DNA from: Paraphysomonas bandaiensis
Taxonomy: Eukaryota; Protista; Chrysophyceae
Assembly: GCA_965644295.1 (NCBI GenBank)
Contig: CBFFRP010000217.1
Coordinates: forward strand, 248,001 to 312,000
DNA: 64,000 nt
Direction of reading: 5' to 3'
The notes beneath the pieces were generated by a model. That model saw only the letters and a program-made list of their open reading frames with translations. It made no database searches and was not told the DNA's origin. Position 1 is the stretch's first letter, and each line of letters opens with the position of its first letter. Of the stretch, positions 11,254 to 25,200 are shown one piece after another. The translations under genes and the position numbers were made by a program.

Positions 11254-12237
11254 CTAGACATTGACCACTGGAAGTGTGGAATTATAATAGAAATTACTTG
11301 GTTCTTTGTATCTACATCCTGAAAATGCATGTATGAAACCCGAGGAGTCGTAGCACTCACAATTACGCTTAACATAAGCAGCAGAACCCCCTGGCTTCTC
11401 ACTACAGACCTCTCGCTGTTTGGCGACAAATAGGTCCACAGTTTCACAATATCCCGTCACACAAAGCGATTGCAACCCGTAAATGGCTTCATAGTGGTTG
11501 TAATGCAAACAATTTAGCTGCGAAAGGAATTCAAATGGTTGTGTCTTTCTGCCCAAAGCAGTCGATGGGTCCAGAGAAGAATGCTTGGTGTGCACAAATT
11601 TATCATACGAAAACTTCCGAGCAGCTCGTAATACAATACCATGGCTTAATTCTAAATGGTTGGTTATGTGACGGCATACATATTCAAAATTCAAACGAAA
11701 TTTATGTATTGGGTACACACTAACGTTCTTGTTGAACTTCATCGCCGATATCGTCGATATCATGTCATGTACTGTTGGAGAGCACGTAAGTTCCATTATA
11801 ATACCAGCCGATTCAGAAATAGAGTTCATATATTGCTGATAAGTTGTACCGTTCAAAAAACTTCGGGGCTGATACAGCCACTCTTCACTAGCAATTCTGT
11901 GATAGCGCTGAGCAGATATAAATATATCAAGTGGATGACGGGTAATAATTATGGCTTTGTAGCTTCCGATATACGGTGCATATTTAATAATATCTGTGAA
12001 CTTCCACGTGTGATATATGCGATAGCTCTTTCTCATACTAGGATTCCATTCATGTAATAAGGTAAACATCGCCCCATACTTCCTGGCTACTTCATGAAAT
12101 ATAGAACTCAGCATAACGGTACCTGTCTTGTGCCCGGACACTGCTATTATATTGTGAGGTAGCCGCTCGGACATACATAACTCCAATTGCATCACAACAA
12201 GATAGAGAATTGCACCGATAAATCCTTTGAGTTGCAT
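11254..12237 (-). CDS. Secretory-pathway sulfotransferase-like P-loop protein, intronless
   Basis: Hydrophobic N-terminus from ATG 12237; 5'-PSB-like GHKTGTVML; 3'-PB-like ITRHPLDIFIS; Cys-rich C-terminus. Confidence 0.7.
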   Translation of the reverse strand: MQLKGFIGAILYLVVMQLELCMSERLPHNIIAVSGHKTGTVMLSSIFHEVARKYGAMFTLLHEWNPSMRKSYRIYHTWKFTDIIKYAPYIGSYKAIIITRHPLDIFISAQRYHRIASEEWLYQPRSFLNGTTYQQYMNSISESAGIIMELTCSPTVHDMISTISAMKFNKNVSVYPIHKFRLNFEYVCRHITNHLELSHGIVLRAARKFSYDKFVHTKHSSLDPSTALGRKTQPFEFLSQLNCLHYNHYEAIYGLQSLCVTGYCETVDLFVAKQREVCSEKPGGSAAYVKRNCECYDSSGFIHAFSGCRYKEPSNFYYNSTLPVVNV

Positions 12238-13208
12238 AGTGTATATATCCAGGCAGCCAACACCTACCGACACTACCTGAATTAGCTACTTCCAGTTGTG
12301 GTGTGTCATCTAGTGTATGTGTATGTGTATGTGTGTATAGTGTATATGGTGCTGCAAGATTTTCTTGTTGCACTTTACTGTATTATCATGCGCAGTCCAT
12401 GCGTACAGTGTATCCTCCCAGTGTGTGGAGAGGGGAATAAGAGAAGGGTGACGGACACGATGGACATGTACTGGGCGTATTTCACTATAATACGGAATAT
12501 ATACATAGAGCGGTTAACATATCCACATGCATGCATCAGCGTGATTGATATGAGTGCTTCCTGCTTGAAAGTGCACTACAACTTGAGTTCTCCTTAACTC
12601 GATTATAGCAAGGGCTCCCAACGTTATGGATCCACTCCTCGGAGCACTTCGGCATCCGTACTACAGAGGTTCTATTGGTATAGTCCCTAGCTTGTCGAGA
12701 TCAATGTTTCGTGAACGTAAACATTGCTTATAACATTCTGATGCGTACTGTATGCATGAAATTACTGTTGACATTCACGACATGCACAAAGTCACTGGTG
12801 ATTCAAAGTACGTAATGCATATATTATGATATATGTGTTTAATCGTTGTGGAATATACTTCTATTGTTTACTTATCTGTTAATTTTAAAAGTATAATAAT
12901 TATTATTCGTTAGTACTTATGTGACTTGCTGTATTTATACTAGCTGCTATGTTTTATTTAACAGTTATGTTCACAAAATCGTAAAATGAAATAAGTATTA
13001 AACCTAGTCATAATTACGCGATTCAGGTCTGAAAGCCTAGTCATAAATTGTGCTCGCGTCTACGTGGTAGTAGCTACACATAACGTAACAATGAGAGGGT
13101 AAAAGTACTTATCCTAATATTTTATGGTGTCAGGATGAATCGTGCAGCAACAGCCCTCGTCAACGATGAACCCATCGACTAGAATAACACGCACCTATAC
13201 GTGCCACC

Positions 13209-14179
13209 CAGGGATAGGGAACAATATATTGCAATACTATTGTTAGATAGCGTTCCATCAATAGTATTGATGGATTTTTTAAACCGGCCCTACAATACTA
13301 TTTCAATATATTGCAATATTATATTAGTATGACTAATCAGTAAGTAAACACATCCGTAGTTTCCATTTTTAGTACTTTCCATTTATAGTCTAAAAGGTCC
13401 CTTGATAATCAAACCCACTACTCTTAACTAATTAAAAGTTTCCTCATACTCGTCCTCTAAGCCATCATCTATGACATTATCATCACCATTATTCTATTGA
13501 CATATGCTTGCATCCGGCCACAACTGTCGGTTAGCTTTCAGAAACAACAGCATATTAAGTGTAGTAGGATGCATACGTTTGCGCAACACTGATATAATCA
13601 GTTTTGCTGCGCTGAACAAGCGTTCACATGTATTAGAAGTACATACTACATGTCTCGTGCACCTGTACTTAATTATTTCAACTTTCCGTTTCTTAAGTTT
13701 TTGAGCTGATTGAAGAATTTTTCCGCATAGCCAACTTCTACTTTTTGTAAATGTCCCTACTTTTGTTTGCATTCATCGTTCAGTTGTCTCTTCTTATCAC
13801 TATAGGATATATATATTATATTAAGAGAATTACTGTACATACATGTGTAGAGGTGTAGAGTACTGTTTGAGCTGGCGATACATAAATAAAAATAGAAAAT
13901 AACATCAAAATAGGCTTTTTTTCTTATTTTCCGGATATTTGTATACATAGATACATAAGCGTATATTTTTACCCTAGAGTTAAGAATCTTCTCTTACATG
14001 ACTATCATAATATTGATTGCAATATATTGCAATAGTATTGTGAGCTCTTTTAACAGAAACACTATTGATGGAATATTTGACCAGTCCACCAATCAATATA
14101 TTTTACAATTTACAATATATTGCAATATATTGTATATTGTACAAAGTATTACAATACAATATATTGTTCCCTATCCCTG
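13209..14179 (-). mobile_element. Non-autonomous hAT element (971 bp), internal-deletion derivative
   Basis: Perfect 23-bp TIR CAGGGATAGGGAACAATATATTG; 8-bp TSD GTGCCACC (13201-13208, 14180-14187); subterminal CAATATATTG repeats; hAT dimerisation fragment TSNTCERLFSAAK...LLFLKANRQLW at 13494-13772 (-). Confidence 0.96.
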
Positions 14180-14732
14180 GTGCCACCCCAACCCCCGACT
14201 ACCTGAATTGAATGGCCTCGGGTTATCCCTTCTAATGACAAGAATTATAAAATATTTTCGGTGTCAGTAACAACTTCAAAGGTTGATACATTCGAAAATC
14301 GTAAGTAGAAATACTTTGCTTCAACAGCGAATCAGTTAATGAAGTAGGTTGACAAAGCTTGTTAAATAAGAACTGAAAACTACAAATTTGTAGCTTTGTA
14401 GAGAGCTAGCTGTGAAGCTACAAAGAATTATTGCGAATGAGCTTTGCTCACATAACGGAATAATAGAAGTGTGACCGACTTACTGAATAGATCAAGTTCA
14501 AACTGTATAATAGGGCACAGCTTAATTTCAGACTCATATTCATAAGACAAGAAGAACACCGAAGATAGAGTTGTACAGGTGATTTTATTCGACTGTCACA
14601 CACCTCTGCTTACTATACCGCTCACAAAATTTCACCAAAACATCACGGATTCAATTGTGTAATACCAACTACCCTTTATACTACCAACACACGTCTACAC
14701 TAATGTCACATAACTTGAGTAAGTATGCTGAG

Positions 14733-15569
14733 CTACCTTCCCCCTGTAAAGTACTGAAACCAAGTGACTTTTTTCTGTTTTTCCTCGTAGTTCCCGGGGT
14801 TCGCGTGGGGCATTGTGTAGTCCTGTCCGACGTCAATGTTGAGGAACTTAGCTAGCTTCCTTCCAGAATCCGGATCCTGCACCGCAAGTTCCAAGAAATT
14901 GTAGTGAGGAAGGTGCTTGAAGTGATGCCTCACCACATGATGAGCAGCATTAATAAATATTTCTGTGTTTTCGAATATGCTCTTTTCTCTGGACTGACCG
15001 TGAAAGCGACTGAGCTGTCCGTTTGCTTTCATACGGCTTGAAAGATCTGACCAGTGCAACATACTGTTCGCGTGTGCTGAAATATTAGGTCGAACTGTAT
15101 GAATAAAGTAGGCTTTAGGATAAGCCTTAATGAGGTAACTAAGAGCGTCTATTTGTGGCCATATGTCTATGTCGTAGCAAACATCCATCTGAGATGCTGC
15201 GTATATACCTGCCTCAAACAGATAGAATAATGGGGGTTTGTTTTCAGATATTGCCAACTGAATTAATTCTCCAATGAAACATTTTTTAGTTGGTTCGCGA
15301 ATCCTACGCCAATGTCGCCCATTATCCACTGTGACAGGGGGCACAGGCCATATGTCTGCACAGTGCTTGGGATTTATAAACTGATGGGCAGCTTTCACGC
15401 GAAAGTTCCTCAAGAACTGGGTGACAGACGTAGTGCCTGATTTAGGGAGTCCAACTACAATAACTGGATGAGTTTCATTAAATAGATTGAGCAGATCGTC
15501 CCGTTGAACAAGTCGCGCCTGAGTGGCACCTAACAGCACGGCAATATAAAGGGGGATAAGGATACTCAT
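14733..15569 (-). CDS. Sulfotransferase-family protein with signal peptide, intronless
   Basis: MSILIPLYIAVLLGATQA signal; PAPS-binding loop VIVVGLPKSGTTSV; FIHTVR; LAKFL...PHAN C-terminal motif typical of this family. Confidence 0.8.
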   Translation of the reverse strand: MSILIPLYIAVLLGATQARLVQRDDLLNLFNETHPVIVVGLPKSGTTSVTQFLRNFRVKAAHQFINPKHCADIWPVPPVTVDNGRHWRRIREPTKKCFIGELIQLAISENKPPLFYLFEAGIYAASQMDVCYDIDIWPQIDALSYLIKAYPKAYFIHTVRPNISAHANSMLHWSDLSSRMKANGQLSRFHGQSREKSIFENTEIFINAAHHVVRHHFKHLPHYNFLELAVQDPDSGRKLAKFLNIDVGQDYTMPHANPGNYEEKQKKVTWFQYFTGGR

Positions 15570-16590
15570 AGTATATCAGATATATTATAGGGACGGTAGA
15601 ATAATTGCAGACATATCACAGCATACTCACTTGATATGATAGTGTTATTACAGTGTGAGTTGACTATGTTCGGTTGGAAGTTTATGTGTGTGATAGTCGT
15701 CTATGTGCCTGTATATACACTGCTGTCTCTGTGGTATACAGTACAGATGTGTATATATGGTACACAGTGCTCTCCTATCGCACTCTGGAAGATGTATTTG
15801 CGAGGACAGTAGTGTGGTAATACTGGGCGTATTAGAGGTATACGGGCCTGTATGCATGTGTATCAGCCAAGATATCAGCCAAGATATCCATTGCAGATAT
15901 GGCTTGAACACAGGAGCTGGATATGCAGCCTGAGGAAGCAATGAATTGTGACAATACTGGTACTTGAAGACGCCCTAGTAGTGATGCAGATATATAGTAA
16001 AATGGTCCATTTTCTAGTGTATTGAATGTGATACTATCAACTATCAACCATGCATGCGCAGAACAATGGACGTATCGAGTATGCAGTGTAGTAGACAACA
16101 TCTGTAACGGTAAATGTGGCTACCAGTTATGTCTAAGAGGAAGTCGTGAGTAGCCTAAAATGATTATAACGTGACAGAAGTGTCAATTTATTCTCCGCCA
16201 ATAAGGAAACTGACAGCATGATATTCACATATTCACTATTGTAGATATAATCTCGGCTTATTTCAACAATCTATTTTGTTGTACAGAAATTTGACAGAAT
16301 ACAGAATGACGTGATAGGTGTACCTTTCTCAAGTGCATGTCGATTGATGCATTTTTCTAACTGGTGGTTAGGGTGTTAGCATTCTATGCCGACAAGATAT
16401 ATACTGGTTGAAAAGTTCGCCAATATTACTATTGAAAATCTTAAGCAGTACAATCTATATTAATTAAAACTTATATGTCCTTATACTAATTACTACACCT
16501 ATTGTGAAGTAAATTGTGCAGCAATCTGAAACGCATACATACACTAGTAAGCCTCTACACTGATATTGGAGGTAAAACTAATAGACAATA

Positions 16591-18543
<1,953 letters not shown>

Positions 18544-21306
18544 AGCTGATATGGAACAAATGAGGAGAACAGCAGTGAGAGAGGTAATGAACAGCAGAGG
18601 AATAGCTGAGTTGAGACACTGAGCATACCATTGACATGCTATGCGGCTGCAGCACTTAACTCTCGGGAGGAATACGCACTGTATTCTTCACAGGTGTGGA
18701 AAACCTACGAAAAAAAAGGGATGTGAGTGGTTTGCAAAAAAAAACTTCTGGTTTTGCATGCAGAAGTCCGGACGAGAGAAACATTTTCCTCAACTTTTCT
18801 CAGAGGTTTGGACAAGGCTAGAAAAAACTAGAGGTTTTTTGAGGGAATCTGTCCATATGATGATGTCTGTATGTGATCTGCTGAATATCCAGACATGCAT
18901 CTTACGAGCCGATAAGATACTGCCTCACATATCACTCAATGCATCACTTCTAATAGTCATGTCTAGTGTGGTTTTTGGCATATATGCATCACTTGTGGAA
19001 TGCCAAGAACCTCTCTTACAGTATACTCAGATTGTTGATGTTATCCCTCGTACTCTAATTAGTCCGCTGAAAGACTCTGCAAGCTATCACAGAATACTAG
19101 TGAATGACCACACAGGAGCCGCCGTGAGTAACAGCAGAAAACTGTCACTAAGATTTTAGAATTAGAAAAATCTAAAACTTCTTGTTCTCGTATCTCCCGG
19201 CGATACATTCGTTGCGGTAATTTAGATAGCTTAGTTCCATAATTCATGGATAGACTCTGTGGGATAGGGCCTAGTCCATACTGCATCACCAAATTCTTAT
19301 CAGTGGGAGATGTATTTTTAGGTGACAACGCATATCATTATTGCGTGTACGCAATTGCTCTATTTGCTCAATGAAATATGAGCACTAGGTCAACGCTTGA
19401 GAAGGACAATGCCGCCACCTTCAACGGAGACCATTGTCGACATCGTATTGACAGTAATTGGAGAGCTTGCATAATGGGCTTCTATCCGTGGACGTGATGA
19501 TATATGTGAATTTTATGATCAGAATACACTTGAGGTCAATGTAGCATGTGTGTTGGGACTGACAATTCCCCGTTTATTATGGCATTGTATTCCCTTGACC
19601 AATTGTTATACAAGCTACTAATAAGTTTAACTTCATTGTTCACATATTGTCAATATGTTGAAATACAGCAGCTGGTATATCATATATATATGATACCAGG
19701 GTATTCAACTGTGGCTCGTCGGTTCATCGATTCTGAAAAGCGTGCCTACAGCTCGGATTTGATCTTCACGGACCTTGTCACGAGAAGCAACATTTCCTTC
19801 TAACATTATTCTTATGAGTCTACCAACAAGATAGCTAGGTTCTAGCGGATTTCTGCATCTCAACCTTAGGTTCCTCTGTATAACAATAATCAATTGAACG
19901 AATATGTACAACTAGACTACTACTGACTACTAGGTATAAGCAACTTCCCAAATCAAGAAAATATATCTTATTATCACTGTTTAGCAATACGCTACCTACT
20001 ATTTCATGGCCAACTGAGTGACCTTCATTCACTTTCTATACCAATAGTCTGATCATTTCCACTAAGTGTGGACAGTTCTCATTCACTTGTTTTAATGTGG
20101 AGCATCACGCATCACGTAACGCACCATGCAAAGTGGATCATAGGCCTTACCTGTACCTTATTTCTGTTCTCCTTTACTGCAACAGCTTCAACTACTAGAG
20201 TAAGCGTCGAAAAACGGAGAAATAGCATAATTATTAGTCTCATGACAAGAGTATTCATTCATAGTCCAAATAGGTGGAGTCAATTTTTGCCACTTATGCT
20301 TTCTCTTATATATACTACTCCCTGTGCAGTAGAACTAACTTAAACAAAGTCAACGGGTGAATTCGATTCGTGAAGTAAGATCTGTAGTATCGAGTCAGTA
20401 GTTTGATAATATTTACGTATGGCCGTTTCATTAGCATGGTCGAGCTACGAGCAACTAGTTTGCACTTTTTACCTTAGTTGAAACAGTAAAATAAAAAAAG
20501 GAGGGGCTTGTCTATTATCATGAACTTTCCCTGGTCCTCCTTTTTTGATCGGCGTAATTGATGGGCCGACACTCTTTGCATAACATTTGATCTCATTCAC
20601 AACAAAGACTGATGATGATTATTGGTACGTATCACTGACAGAGATCTCCATACTTGTTTATAGGCTGTGATATTTGTGTGTACTATTGGACTACTAGTTC
20701 TCGTTGTTTTTCTTTTAGTTAAAAGTAAGAGCTCTTGATTATCTTATTAGCAAAACTATCACGAGAGCAGGCTCATGAAGTATCAAACAGACCAACTGGT
20801 AGGGTAAGTACAAAATTATTCTCGGGTTGAGTATTGAGTACCCACGACACTAGAATCTAAATGCAGATAAACTAATACCCACCTAAACCAATACCAATAT
20901 AAATTCATGGGTTGTAATATGAATTGATAGTAATGTGAATATGAATGTCATAATAAATTATACATCAATCATCATTCATAAATGCCAAGCTCTAGCATTT
21001 TTCGTAGAAAGAGTGTACATATTTGGTGCATAGAACATACCATTTGACAAAGCGAATTCATTAAATCAGTTCTCTTTAAGGTTATTATACTCATGTCTTC
21101 ATTTATATGAACAACTCAATAGCGAGCAGTAAAACAAATCATCTCTAATTTCAAGTGCGAGAAAGGGCGCAATGTCGCAATCCTTTTTGGCACATTTAAT
21201 GACGAATGCTAACTTAATAACTTCCACTATCGTAGACCTGAGAATATTGTACAAATTCTACACTAGTGATTTAAAAGAATTGGCAATTCTGTAATGAAAG
21301 CATGTA

Positions 21307-21729
21307 CTACCCTGATTTACCGTTTCTGTGATCACTAGAATGGAGGCTCCTAAAATTAAATGCAGAGGCAATATCATCCTCATCATCATCACTTCCAACT
21401 ACGCTACTGTCAGCACCTCCATCTAGCAACACGTCAAGTGCACGTTCAACAAGGTTATCATCTCTCCTGACAACATTCTTCTTTGGCCGCTTGGTCTTTT
21501 CCTTTGCAAAGAGTTGGTTCATATCACTCGAAAGGTGGTCTGTGATGCGGTTCCTCGTCATCAACGAGTAGGCGTGTATATCACGCAATATATTTATATC
21601 CTCTCGAACTAATGCGCTTTGAGCCTTTGCTTCTACACCCTCATCATCGTCTTCGTCCAGCCCTTCTTCAGAGCCCTCCTCTGACTCCGACTCTTCTTCG
21701 CTTTCACTTCTAGATTCTGAATCTGACAT
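21307..21729 (-). CDS. Small acidic hypothetical protein (possibly with a tiny last exon near 21235-21245)
   Basis: 140-codon ATG-initiated ORF with Ser/Glu/Asp-rich N-terminus and a basic KEKTKRPKK patch; divergent from the LRR gene. Confidence 0.6.
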   Translation of the reverse strand: MSDSESRSESEEESESEEGSEEGLDEDDDEGVEAKAQSALVREDINILRDIHAYSLMTRNRITDHLSSDMNQLFAKEKTKRPKKNVVRRDDNLVERALDVLLDGGADSSVVGSDDDEDDIASAFNFRSLHSSDHRNGKSG

Positions 21730-22035
21730 TAAACACTAAGAAGTTTAAGGAGATGTATCTGTGTTATTATTATTGCTACCACTCCCTCAAATACTGAGAT
21801 GTGCTCGCATGTGATTGTAGTCCTCGTGTCTCGTCTGTGTATTCCAGTATTTTGTATAAAACTGATATCGTACAGTATATATATCGAGATATTTATATAT
21901 CGTATCATAAATACTCCGATATATAAACCAAAATATCCCCCGTCATAGAAAACTCCAGTGTGATGATGGTGTTATACACGCACTCCATAGCGAAGTACTG
22001 CACTATTGCTGTAACTGAAGTGACAATTTTCAAAC

Positions 22036-22072
22036 AAAAAGAGTGAAAAAGTCCGCAAAAAGATCTGAAAAA
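22036..22072. promoter_or_regulatory. Four helically phased A5 tracts in a divergent promoter
   Basis: AAAAA starts at 22036, 22046, 22057 and 22068 (spacing 10, 11, 11). Regulatory role is inferred. Confidence 0.45.
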
Positions 22073-22269
22073 GTGAGAATATTTTAATAAACCAGAGAAA
22101 TAAATCGACACCAGTCCATAGAGCATATTTGAAGGTGTATGTATGTATTGGGCTGCTGCAGCAGTTCTCCTCGTTGGTCTGATCAATCTCAGATCGCCCT
22201 AGATATCGAGTAGTCGTTAGCAGTTGTATGGCTTGACTGTTCATCTGTAGAAAACCTAAAGATGATCTG

Positions 22270-25200
22270 ATGTCCAGTAGAAACAACTCTATCAGTAGAA
22301 ACAACTCTACCACCTCTACTCATAGGCCGAAAAGTGCCGTGTGTGGGACCAGACAGTCCAAGTCATCTAAATGCAAAAAGAACGTGACGTGGAATTCGTC
22401 GACACGCCCGGCCTCTGCAGTGAGGAAAAACACTAGCACCACACTAGGGATAGAGCCCACTGGAGCTTCTAGTAGCAAGACGAAGAGAAGTACTCGCCCG
22501 AAGTCTGCACAGCCGCGATCTCGAGACCTTGGAAATTTGAATTATTTCTTGGATGATTCTAATTTCGCTCCAAGGAAGAAGCATGATAGTAACGACGAGA
22601 CCGTTGTGTCCAATGAAGCAACGGATCGTTCCAGCACTCGTCAACCAGTAGTTGAGATAAATAAATCTTGCAAAGACTTGCGTAATGCATCTCTACGACG
22701 ACTCTCTTCTGTGTCCTCGATGCACAGAAGATCATCTCGTTCCCTTTCTCATATTGACAACCCAGAGAAATCTGATAGAGCGCTACGATCAATTTCCTAT
22801 ACGTTTTCTCGGCCTTCATCTGAAATTCCTTCAGATGATGCAAAGTTGAGAGCAACTGATTGCTGGAAAACTCTGGACAGCATACATATCTACCCATATT
22901 ACCGAAAGTGAGGAATATTAAGCTGTTTCAGTATGTGACATAATGATATTCAGGTTCTCGATACTTAATGAGGATCCCATAAGCCCCCATGTTAGTGATG
23001 ATTACACTGGTATTAATCCAACTCCTCCCCGTAACATCCTTACCTACACTCGGAATCGAGAGCCTGATATAGACGAGGATGAAGTTGAAGATAAGTGTGT
23101 GGCTCGTGAGGGATTTAGAAAACGGTACGCTGAAGTGTACGATCACATTCAGAGGGAAGCTACGATGGGGCGTCCTCCCCCTGCAGTCGATCACATTAAG
23201 GGTAGTGGGAAAACTTATAATATTTTCGACGACGATAGTATGGATTCTTTACAAGACATGTCGCCAAGAGAAGCTCTGATAAGAGAGATTGTCAGTCGGA
23301 ACCAGGTGCTAGTTTGTAAAGTTAAAGGACACATTGCCTTGCAAATTGAAGTATATATTTAATCTACCGACAAATTATTAATTTTTCTACTTTTACAGAT
23401 TCCTTTTGTTGTCCGCGAAATTCTTATGGATCAAGAGGCCGAGGAGGTTACATCCATTGATGTAGAAGGCCAGGGACTGGGGGACAGCAAGATGTGCTGT
23501 CTTGTACGATGTTTGCCATATTTCTCCAATGTTGTGAGCATCAACATAGCTGGTGAGGTCTCTTCCTTCGAAGAGAGATGGACGAAAATATATCTTCTTG
23601 ACTATCAATTCAACTTTGACTTAATTTGTCTTACGTAGGTAACCGTCTCACTGATGTGAGTATACAGCCCTTCTTGCATACTGTTCTTCAGCAACTACAC
23701 TGTGTAAGTCCCATCAGCATACATATCGGCACGATTGTGTAATGTGTATATATTGTATTTGCAGACGATGCTTGATATTTCGGATAATAAGATAGATAGC
23801 ATGAGCATTGATATATTGAAGGCTGACTTAAAGGTAGATGCGTAGTTGTTCAGCTGTATAGTCTTGCTGACTGCAGAATACAGGCAAATGACTGCGTGTT
23901 ACGTGAACTGAGACTACGTAAATCTGATATTGATGATACTGAATGTGAAGGTAGATACTAAATGTGATTTGTTATGTGTATTCTTTTCTGATGGAAAATA
24001 TGGGTGCTGCTGAGCAGAGATGATGCAATCTGTGATTGCTAATAAGTCGTTAACTTCGATTAATTTATCTGAAAATCAAATTGGGACGAAAGAGGTTATT
24101 TTGAATTCATTTTGCGCATTCATGTTTACCATATTTTGTAGGATTTGAATGCAGCTAACCCGTCGTTTACCACCGGTGCGGAAGCCATTGCAGAGATGCT
24201 TTTACAAAATCGCGTACTTACGGAGCTTGATATATCTTGGAATTCAATTCGGTATCGATGTTATTGTTACTCGTGTAGTTGCTGACTGGAAGATTGTATC
24301 TAGAGGAGAGTCGGCAATTGCGTTAGGTCAAAGTGTTTCTCAAAATAACACCCTGCGAGTAAGACGACATGTTATGTGTCTCGTTTCATACATTTACTTT
24401 CCTTACGCATTCAGATCCTTAATTTGGCCTACAATAACTTCAGTGATGAGGTGCGTGCCGATAAACCTTCGCTTTTTTGTAATTTTTTATCCAGGGAGCT
24501 CAGCAACTGGCTCACTCATTGAGGTTCAACGTTTCGCTTACTGATGTTGATATATCGTACAATAATCTCTCTTCCAAAACAGCGCTGGTATTCTCTTTAA
24601 TGTGGTTGTTTGTGTGGTCCGATTTTTGTATGCCTACGAGTACATATCTTACTTTGTTATCAATTGCATAGGTTTTTGGGCAGGTTCTCAGCACCAACCC
24701 GTCAATGTATCGGCTGAATTTCAACGGAAATTGCGCTGGCAGGATTGGTACAAGGGCGCTCATTCGTGCTGTACGGTATGGTTTCAGTTCATTGAATGGA
24801 TGTGTCGTTAATATATGAGTGACATAGTATGGCTGCTTCCGAAAGGCGAGTGCTAAAGGTTATTCTCGACAAAGCGAACACAACGTATGAGGACGACACC
24901 TTTGACAGATCCAATCCCTCTGGAAAATACGTATTAGATGTGTGTTGCCTCTCTGTGGTACGTTTTGTAGATGATGAAATATGCAGGTCGGAAACACCTA
25001 CGGATATACAGTAGCATGCATACTATATGAGCTGGCTAACACCAAGCCCGATGCTAAGTTCGTTAGTATTAAGCACGGAGTAAGGGTATGTCCTTCTGAT
25101 ACTTAGAATTACATTCCTTACATAGTACTTGGACAGAAGCCGAACATTTCTTCTGACCAAAGCAATGTGATGAATGACTATACCTGGAGAGAAGTAAAAC

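Noticed and set aside
13003-13046. 11-bp direct repeat CCTAGTCATAA around 22 bp, and a 12-bp tandem duplication at 15861-15888
   Set aside because: Too small to distinguish from local slippage or repair duplications.
13998-14270. 90-aa Ile/Tyr-rich ORF
   Set aside because: Translation of the hAT subterminal repeats running across the element boundary.
18641-20350. Several 65-170-aa ORFs upstream of hemB
   Set aside because: No motifs, consistent splice pattern or terminal repeats; may be decayed TE but cannot be supported.
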